64,000 bases of DNA from Geosiphon pyriformis uo1 (taxonomy: Eukaryota > Fungi > Glomeromycota), in assembly GCA_016748015.1 (NCBI GenBank), contig JAAOMT010000222.1, positions 499,924 to 563,923 on the forward strand, read 5' to 3'. The stretch's first letter is position 1; each line of letters begins with the position of its first letter. Of the stretch, positions 55,037-64,000 are shown in pieces. The translations under genes and the position numbers were made by a program. The notes under the pieces are model-generated. The model saw only the letters and a list, made by a program, of their open reading frames with translations. It had not been told where the DNA came from and did not search any database.

Positions 55037-58000
55037 GTGGCAGAACCAGAAAAAATAAAGACAAACTATCTAGAATTCACCAAATCCTTATTTTAACATT
55101 ACTGTTAACATTTGGAATTAACTAACAATTACCTATTAGCAGAATTAGCCTTTAATTTCTATGTTAACAAAAAAATTTTATATTTGCTAGAAGTACTAGT
55201 AGAGACTGATTCAGCAAGAAAAAATTTCTACAACAAATTAATTCAAAATACCAGCCTATTAGCAAATTATAACTTTATGGCAATTTTTACTAAAATCAAT
55301 AAAGAAATTAAATATTACACTCAACAAAGATACCCAATTATTTATGCAAACAAAGACAAAGAAAAATTACAAACACCAGCAGTAACACCTCAAAAAATAC
55401 AACCATCTACTTGAAAGAAAACAAAACTTGAATCACCAACCAATCTATCATACTACTATATACCTGGAAGCACCATCAACATTTTATCAGCAGACATGTC
55501 CATATTAAATGCAAAAATATCATTGGCACAAATACTATTTCAAAGTAAACAATCAAAAGCCAACTTATTTGAAACCTACAATAAATATTTTAAGAGATTT
55601 AAATTGCAATCACTAATGCCATCAGAATTTTGATTACTGCTATTGTTACCAGATTTCAGAATTATAAGTCCTTGAAAAATAACAGAATCAGAAGAAGAGG
55701 AAAATAACAACCAAGATTTTAATTATCAAAATCTGATTGTAGAAAATCTGGAAATTGAAACTCTAAATATTCAAACTCAGCAAAATTAGAACAATCTCAA
55801 CTCAGATATTATTAATCAACACTTACTTTCAGTGATTATAATTAATCAACCACCTATTGAACTGATTGCTGAACCACTTCAGCAGCCAATATCCTCTCAG
55901 CAACAACCACAACAACTTCAACAACCACCACAACAACAGCAACAAGTTATAGCACCAATAGCATACACCCTTATTGCCAAATTAGAAAAATTTACTGGCA
56001 AAGAAAATAATGCCCAAGTTTGGCTCAACAATGTTGCCAAAACAATCATTGCTAATAATTGGGACAATGCCAGAGCTCTACAAGCTATCCCATACTTCTT
56101 ACAAGATACTGCCAATTTATGGTACCAAAGCTTAATCAATAAATCTATTACCTTTAATGTGTTTAAAATAGAGTTCTTGAGATATTTTAACAACAATAAT
56201 AGTATTAATTGCTTAGCCAATACTTTTACCAACATTAAGCAAGAAAAAACTGAAGCAGTTACTACTTATTTAGAACACTTCCATAGAAACTTGTGCCAAA
56301 TACAGGCAATTAATGCAAATTACTTTACAGTGCCACAGATTCTGAACCAGTTTATCTGTGAACTATGCAATAGTATCTTTCAATGTGTATGTTTAATACA
56401 CCCACAAACTTTTTAAGACATAGTTATTAATGTATAAGATTTTGAATTCACCAAACTCAAAGCTAATCATGTCCAAGCCATCAACTTAGTGATGAATGAA
56501 TTATCTGAATTGGATTCTAAGTTGAAACAATTCAGTAATTCTATTAATTAAAAATTAGAGAGATACTTAGCTAACAATCAAGCAATCTATTAATCTTCAC
56601 AGCAATGCAATAATTAAGAAAATATGAATTATTTCCAAAATTAGTCACATTTATTATTATTAACCAATTAGCAGTGGCAGCAAAAAACACATGTTTGCCA
56701 CTATTGTAGTAAACAAAGACATTTAAAAATCAACTGCAGATTAAAGATGGATAACTAATAATTGGAAAATCAATATTAAAACTTCAATTACCGGGTTTTA
56801 ACTCCGAATTATTACCCAAATTAAAATTACTATTCACTCTATTATGCCCAAATAACACACCAGCCAATTTATCAACTACTGGTATATCAAACTTTAGCAT
56901 CCATAATCTATTAACTACAGTCCCAAATTATTTATTAAACACCTCCAATTTAAACACTGTTCAAAACCCAGCTTTGATATTACATGGAAGACTCAGAGTA
57001 ACTCAACAAAACTAAAAATCAGTAATGATAGTCCATCAATTGATTTCCAGTTCTTTTAACTCAACACTAAGATCATATTCTCAGAATTTGGGAACTGGAT
57101 ATGCCCAAAATTTGAATTTCCAGCAATATTTAAGTCTCTTGATTACCCCAGAAGATGTCTCATTCAGCAACCAAAAACCCAATCAGAAGCAGCCATTTAT
57201 CAGCAATATTTTACCAGCAACTATTACTGAAGACAAATCACTTACCACTATCTTTTTTTTTGAACTCAAGGAACCAGTTATAATACTGCTATTTAGTAAA
57301 GCCACTCTAAAATCAAAATCCATTATGACAATGTATACAGATGCTAAAGTTGATGGTCAGTCCATTAAACTGATTTTAGACAGTGGATTAGCTAGCAGTA
57401 TCATTACTCAACAATTCATGGATCAATTAGGTCACCGAATTGATCATACCACCAGTGCATAAATAATCACTGTTGATAGGACAACAAAGACTTCAATAAA
57501 CAAAATTGACGACTTTTTCTTTGAAATCAGTGGCATTGTCACACCAATCAAAGTTTTTGTCATGGAAGCCACCCAGTACTAAGCACTAGTTGGTAATAAC
57601 TGGCTGTTCAAAAACAATGCTGTGCTCAACTGAAATACCTAGAAACTACAACTTAGTTAGAACAGCCAACACACTTGAATACCAGCAATTTGCAGTCACT
57701 TTAAGACCACTTACATCTCAGCACCACTAATTAAGCTCAAAGAAAAAAAGAAAAAGCCTATTAAGTCTTATGGACCAATAATAAACACAATGAAATACCA
57801 CTTATATTTTCATGGAATGACAAAGGAAAGAGAAAGTGAAAAGAGGAACTTACCTGAAATAATAATCAAATATTGTGAACTGACAATGATCAGGATAAGC
57901 TGACATTAATTTGGAAGTAAAAAAAAACTAAAAAAAGAAAAAGAGCCAGCATTAGCAACTATTACAACTTATACTCTATATATCTATACTTTATCACAAT

Positions 58001-60999
58001 TATCTAACTATTGCCAACCAAAAAGACAAAAAAAATGGAATAATGAGTCTTGTCTCACCTATGGAACCATCTTGCTCGACAAAAAACATTCCTGGACATG
58101 AAAGAATATACAACAAAACATGCCAATATACTATCTTAATAAATGACTGGATACAAAAAAGAACTCCAATCAACAATACATGAAAAAAAAGTGTTGTGAT
58201 GATTGAAAGGATATTCCCATAATGAACATGAGATCTGAAGAATGGCAAATGCAAAAATAGAAAGCACTACTTCCAGTGAACTACTGGAAATTAAAAACAA
58301 CCCATTATTTTTTTTTGAACCCAAATACATCCCAATTTTTGATGTCTTTGGCAACATTAAAAACAATTCAAAGAATTTTATAAGCACTATCAGTGCCTGG
58401 CACCAACAAAAGAAGAACAAGAATAATGCTTGGAAGAAATCAACACTCAATTATGTGACTACTGTTTAATTTCATATGACTTCTAATATTGTAATGAGTG
58501 TGATCTTATCTACAATCCACCACTATGCATGATCTACATAATTCCAGAAAAAAAAAACCAATCAGTAGCTGCATATTGAAATTGGAATCATCATGCAATT
58601 CTGATTCAAACTCTAATAATGATAACAACAAAAATAATAGTTCCAGCTTTGTTTAAAATAGCAATAAAAATAACAACAATTTAAACTCCAATTCAAACCC
58701 AAAACAATATATTACACTTTCTGATCTTACCAAGAAATAGAAACTTAAATAGTTCAGTAACAATAATGAAAGTATTATGCCAGAATGTGCACATGATATT
58801 GATACAAAGTTTGATTTGAAATATCTGGGAAAAGATGCCATCAAATTGGAACCATATTTATGCACCTGTATTAATCTTAAAGTAGTACTGGAAATTTTAG
58901 CAACAACAATAGTTCAATTAGCATTTAGGAGTAGTTTAGTAAAAAAAAAATCAACATCAGAGAAGAAATAATTGATATAGGATATGTAAGAAATATTATT
59001 GCAATGATACAAAATGACTCAAAAAAGGCCTATATCATAAAGTTAAACAAAAAGATAGTATAGGTAATATTCTTGTTTCTGGTTAAAATAGCTCAATTAG
59101 TATCAGTAGAAAACAGAAAAAAATTAGAGATTACAGTTAAAGAAATACAGAAATTCGGATCCATGAATAGAATAGATGTACCAATTAATATAATAGAGAA
59201 AAAAGTTATTGACAAGAGAAAAATTATCTTTACCTATCAATTAATTTTTATTTTACCATATAACCAGTATATGTTAGCCATAGAAAGGGGAGTAAAAGAT
59301 CAAGCTTAGATTTTTGAAGCAGAAACTACTATGTGTAAATCAGGAAAAATTGAACTTACAAATTTTTATATATCAGCCAAAAGTCTGAAACATATCAAAA
59401 TTTCCATTTACAACACAACAGAAGATGTTTTTAAGATACCAAAAAGAACTATCATCAGATATTTAAGCATTGAAGTTAAAAAACAATCACCAAATCTCAT
59501 TTCAGACTTTCCACAACTGTGTGAATATGTGGATATTACATCACAAACAATATATGAATGAGAAAAATGTTATTTGCTCTAATCTGAACAATTGAAACAG
59601 ATAAACTTGGAAAATTTAGACCCATTACAATGAATGCAGCTTAAAATATTACTCAACAACTTCAATAACATCTTTGTGAGTGAAAATGAATTTGGCAGAA
59701 CAAACATAATCCAACATTAGATCAAGACTGAAAATATCATGCCAATCAAACAGAGAGCATATTGAATACCACTAGCAAGCCATAAAATTATCTGACAAGA
59801 GATTAATTGGATGTTAGACAATAGGTTAATTCAATCATCAATAAGCCCATAGTCATCACCAGTGGTATTAGTCCATAAAAAAAATAGAAAAATCCACTTT
59901 TGTGTAGATTACTGAAAACTTAATAGAGTAACAAAAAGAGATAACTACCCAACTCCAAAGATCCAAGAACTTTTTGATGCTTTGGAGGAAAAAAATGATT
60001 CTTAATATTAGACTTAAACAGTAGTTACTGACAAGTAACTATAAAACCAGAAAATAAAGAAAAAATGGCTTTTACAATTTAAAAAAAAAATTTAAAATTT
60101 GAGGTTATGCCATTTGGCTTGATAAACACTTTTGTCACATTTCAATAACTTATGGAAATTGTCTATACCAAATTGCTATAGAAATCAGTAGTCATATATC
60201 TGGATAATACTAACATGTTTTTTAAGACATTTAATAATCATTTGCACTATCTTTAACAAGTATTTGAAAGACTAAGAAGAGCTGAATTAAAATTAAATGC
60301 AACTAAGTGTTTTTTTAGGAAAACTGAACTCAAGTTTTTGGAACATATTATGAGCAAAGACAGAATTAAAACAGATCCAAACAAAATTAAGATAATTAAA
60401 AACTTTTCAGTACTTATTAACTTGACCAAATTATGAGCATTCTTAGGATTTGTGGGATACTACTACCATTTTATCAAAGATTTTTCCAAAATAGCACAGC
60501 TATTATACTAGCTCTAAACAAAAAACACCAAATATAAATGAATAAAAAACCAGCAGAAAGCTTTTGATACACTAAGAAGAAAGCTTATTCAAGCTTCAGT
60601 ACTGATCTATCTAGATTATAACAAACCATTCATTATTACAATTGATGCATTAGGTCAAGCATTAGGAGCAGTACTATCTCAAAAAAGACCAGATGGAAGA
60701 GAACACCCAGTAGCATATGCTAGTTACAGCTTAAGTCCAGCTAAAAAAAACTATAAAACACCAGCATTGGAACATTTAGCAATCTATTGGGCAGTCATAA
60801 AGTAGAAAAAATACTTAAGCCAAAAATTTGACATATATACTGACCATAAAGGATTGACTTCAATTCAGAAGTAAGAATTCAAAGATAATTGCTATACTAG
60901 ATAAAAAATAGAACTTTCATCATTTAATTATACAGTACATTACAAAAAAGAAAAAAAAATGGAAATACCAACAGCTTGTCATGAATAAAACAAATCTAA
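55037..60999 (+). pseudogene. gag-pol: Element F ORF1 polyprotein, heavily mutated; dUTPase at ~58780-59165
   Basis: GTG start, LILDSG, FRSSLV, YLDN, ending IKQI*. Confidence 0.9.
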
Positions 61000-61029
61000 A
61001 AACATTTCAACTTAAAAATATAATAAAAA

Positions 61030-62412
61030 ATAAATATACAAAAATATCAACAACTCCAATACTATATTAATACTCAGCAGTTCAAGAAAAAATTATTTCC
61101 AAAAAAATGAAGCCATATTAAACAACAATCCAAATATTTTATTACTCATCAAGATATAATTTATCAGAAAAACAGAAAGAATTCAGGTCAATTAACCAGA
61201 GTAATCATAAAACCAGAGAAAGAAACAATATTATTTAACATGCACTCTAATCTAACAGCAGGACATTTTTACAAAAAAGCAACCATAGAAAGAATCAGAA
61301 AAAAATACTATTGGCCATTTATATATTCAGATATTATCAAATATGTTCAAAATTGTGATGCTTATTAGAAAAAAGAAGGAACAAGACCAAGTAAATTATT
61401 AAGACCAATTAAAGTGAGACAACCATTTGATTATATTGGAATTGACTTAGTCAAACTATTAATAATTACCAGCAAAGGTAACAGATATATTACAGTAATT
61501 ATGGATTATCTTACTAAATGGCCAGAAGCAAAAGCTATTTAAAGAGCAAATGCAGAATCCATTGCCAAATTTGTTCATTAAGATTTGATCTGTCAACACG
61601 AATGTTCAAAAAAACTATTATTAGATCAAAGAACTCATTTTGTGAATAGAACATTGGCAAAATTAAGTCAAAGATTTGGGATAAAAAGACTATTATTATT
61701 ACCATATTATTCACAAACAAATAGATTAGTTGAAAGATTCAACAGAACATTGTGTAAAGCAATAACCAAGATCAGCCAAGAAAACCAGAACAAATAAAAT
61801 TTGTTTATATCATTAATATTATTTGTTTATTGGACAATAAAGCAAGAGACTACACAAGCAATACTATTTGAATTAGTATATGATAAAACAGCAACATTAC
61901 CAGTTGAGATAGAAGTTAACATATATCCAACAGAACCAATAACTGAAAACAATTTTTAGGAAACATTGCTAAGAACAACATATGACTTAATGAAAATTCT
62001 AGAAAACAAATGACAAAAAACAGTTAATAATATTCAAAAGTCACAAGAAAAACAAAGAGAAAAACATGATAACCAACTACCAGATAAACCAGTTGAATTC
62101 AAGATTAGAGACAAAGTACTTTTACATCATATCAAAACAGAAAAACAATGGAGTAGAAAATTTGATTCCAAATAGAACGGACCATTTTACATAGAAGAAA
62201 TTCTAGGAAATAGAGCTTATAAATTAAGATTGAACAACAAAATCTTAACCAAAGTAGCATATGGTAATCAACTAAAATCATATTATCATATAAAATCATC
62301 ATTTACCAGTAATATTCCACAATTAAGAGTGCAGAAAATACTAGTTCAACCAGATGAAATTCCACAAAATCTAGAACTAATTATCATTATTAAAACAAAC
62401 ACATCAAATTAA
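61030..62412 (+). pseudogene. Element F integrase (start ATG mutated to ATA)
   Basis: (M)NIQKYQQLQ, IGIDLV, DYLTKWPEA, LVERFN. Confidence 0.88.
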
Positions 62413-62436
62413 TTGACTAAAGAAATATATAAAGAC

Positions 62437-63095
62437 ATGGTAAATATGACAAAAGATATTAGAAAATGGAAATTACTGATGATATTTATTTACTAGCACA
62501 ACAATTTTTTCAACTGATTCAACAATAAGAGATGGAAATTACAATTAATCAACAAACTATTAGATACAAAGACACCAAAAAAGGACCACAAGATAAAGTA
62601 CAAAAAAAAACAGAAAATACTATTAACAAAATAATCACAAAAGTAAAATTGACAATAAAAGCACAACCAAAAGTTACTCAATATCAAGAGTTAACAATAG
62701 AAACATGAAATTGGTAGACACAACAATTTCCAAAAAACTTTTGTTATTTTCATTTAAAACAACATTTAAATATTCAGAACTTATATATAGATAAAACAAA
62801 ACAACTATTCAACATAACAATATTACAACAACTTAAACAATTTGTGAAAAAAAACAATCTAATCACATAGACACAAGCTATCTATTGATTACAAGTTAGA
62901 TTTTAAGACCAACCAGAAATTTTACTTAATCCAGCAATAAACTCTATTATTGTTAACCAAATGGAAAAAATAACCAATGCCCAATTTGAAAAATTACAGA
63001 ACAAGATAACACAAGTAATTCTCAAGAAAAAAATTCAAGAAATACTCAAAAACAGAGCATTAGAGTTAGAAGATCTTGATAAAGCTCAATATTAA
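62437..63095 (+). pseudogene. Element F ORF3
   Basis: MEITDDIYLLAQQFFQLIQ...EDLDKAQY*. Confidence 0.8.
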
Positions 63096-63109
63096 AAAGG
63101 AGGAAATAA

Positions 63110-63970
63110 TGTTACTCATAGAATATAAGAAGAATATTAGTATATAAAATTAGCTAATCAGAGATAAATGTAGTAAATGTGGAATTCCAGGATTTCTCCC
63201 AAAAAAATTGCAGAATTTCAGGAATTTTAGGATTCTTATATAAGGAATTGTAGAATTTCAGGATTTCAGAATTTCTCTCAAAGAAATTGCAGGATTCCTG
63301 GTATGAAAAATTGAAGAATTGAGAAATCTCAATTATATATATATAGAGGTAGTATTAAAAGTAGAAAAGAGAGATCTCTTAATTTAAATTTAATCTAAAC
63401 AACCTTTTATATTACAAATATTAATAAATAATTATTTATTATCTCAAATTTACTCTTTACTATCAATTCTTTATGTTGATAGTAAATAATACTTAACCAC
63501 ACTAGAACAATAGCTCTTAATTATGGCTATTGATGGGATACTAACATTTATTGCCTTGGCTTATTTTTTTCTTTTCTTTTATTTTCTTTTCTGTGTTATT
63601 TTGTTATTCTTGTTGTTAACTAATTAATTAAAAAGTAAAGCACTAAGTTATTGATGTTAAGAATAGCCTGGTAAAAAACCCCAAAGGAAGGGTATAAAGT
63701 TTGATAATTTAAGAATAACTTATTAGAAGGGCATTTCTGCCAGATTACTAGCCACCACACTAAGAAAAAAATTCAATGGAATTGTGATTTCAGAAGGCTA
63801 CTGAGACATTATTGAATCTCTGTCCATTATACAAAAAATTCCAATTTAAATCTTCAGATTTTAGAGACCTTCAGATATAAACAATCTTCAAAATAACATT
63901 AGTATATTAATTAAACACCAAGTTATGGATTTGTTATTTGATTTAAGACTCTAAATAATTACTTGTAACA
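63110..63970 (+). repeat. Element F 3' LTR
   Basis: TGTTACTCAT...TGTAACA after PPT AAAAAGGAGGAAATAA. Confidence 0.92.
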
Positions 63971-64000
63971 TTGCCACTTTTGTAAATTTTTGGAGTGCTC

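Larger units (their letters stand above)
54123..63970 (+). mobile_element. Element F: full-length but apparently chimeric Ty3/Gypsy-type LTR element
   Basis: LTRs 54123-54974 and 63110-63970; PBS TAGTGCTCTCTATGAG (54977-54992); PPT 63094-63109; no TSD (CTAT vs TTGC). Confidence 0.9.

Overview
AT-rich eukaryotic DNA with short GT-AG introns. The proteins resemble repeat-derived sequences I recall from Glomeromycotina fungi, but that host assignment is inference only. About 85% of the window is a nest of six Ty3/Gypsy-type LTR retrotransposons: A 1839-11363 (-), C 12322-42364 (+) with B 18018-28026 (+) and D 30408-40401 (+) nested inside it, E 42644-48416 (-, internally deleted) and F 54123-63970 (+, apparently chimeric). 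A, C and E sit inside one decayed LINE-like ORF1, and F sits in a second one. All copies are pseudogenised by C:G>T:A transitions. The five complete elements share an unusual three-ORF plan. ORF1 is one long frame (GUG-started N-terminal extension, Gag, PR, Cys-rich insert, dUTPase, dUTPase-like repeat, RT, RNase H) that stops right after RNase H. ORF2 is a stand-alone integrase with its own start codon. ORF3 is a ~210-220 aa non-Env protein preceded by a TATA-like box and ending in the PPT. A small CpG-retaining island at ~49.8-52.9 kb holds a multi-exon (pseudo)gene, probably of PD-(D/E)XK type, bracketed by long inverted repeats made from its own 3' end. Coordinates were read by eye; internal domain boundaries are approximate.
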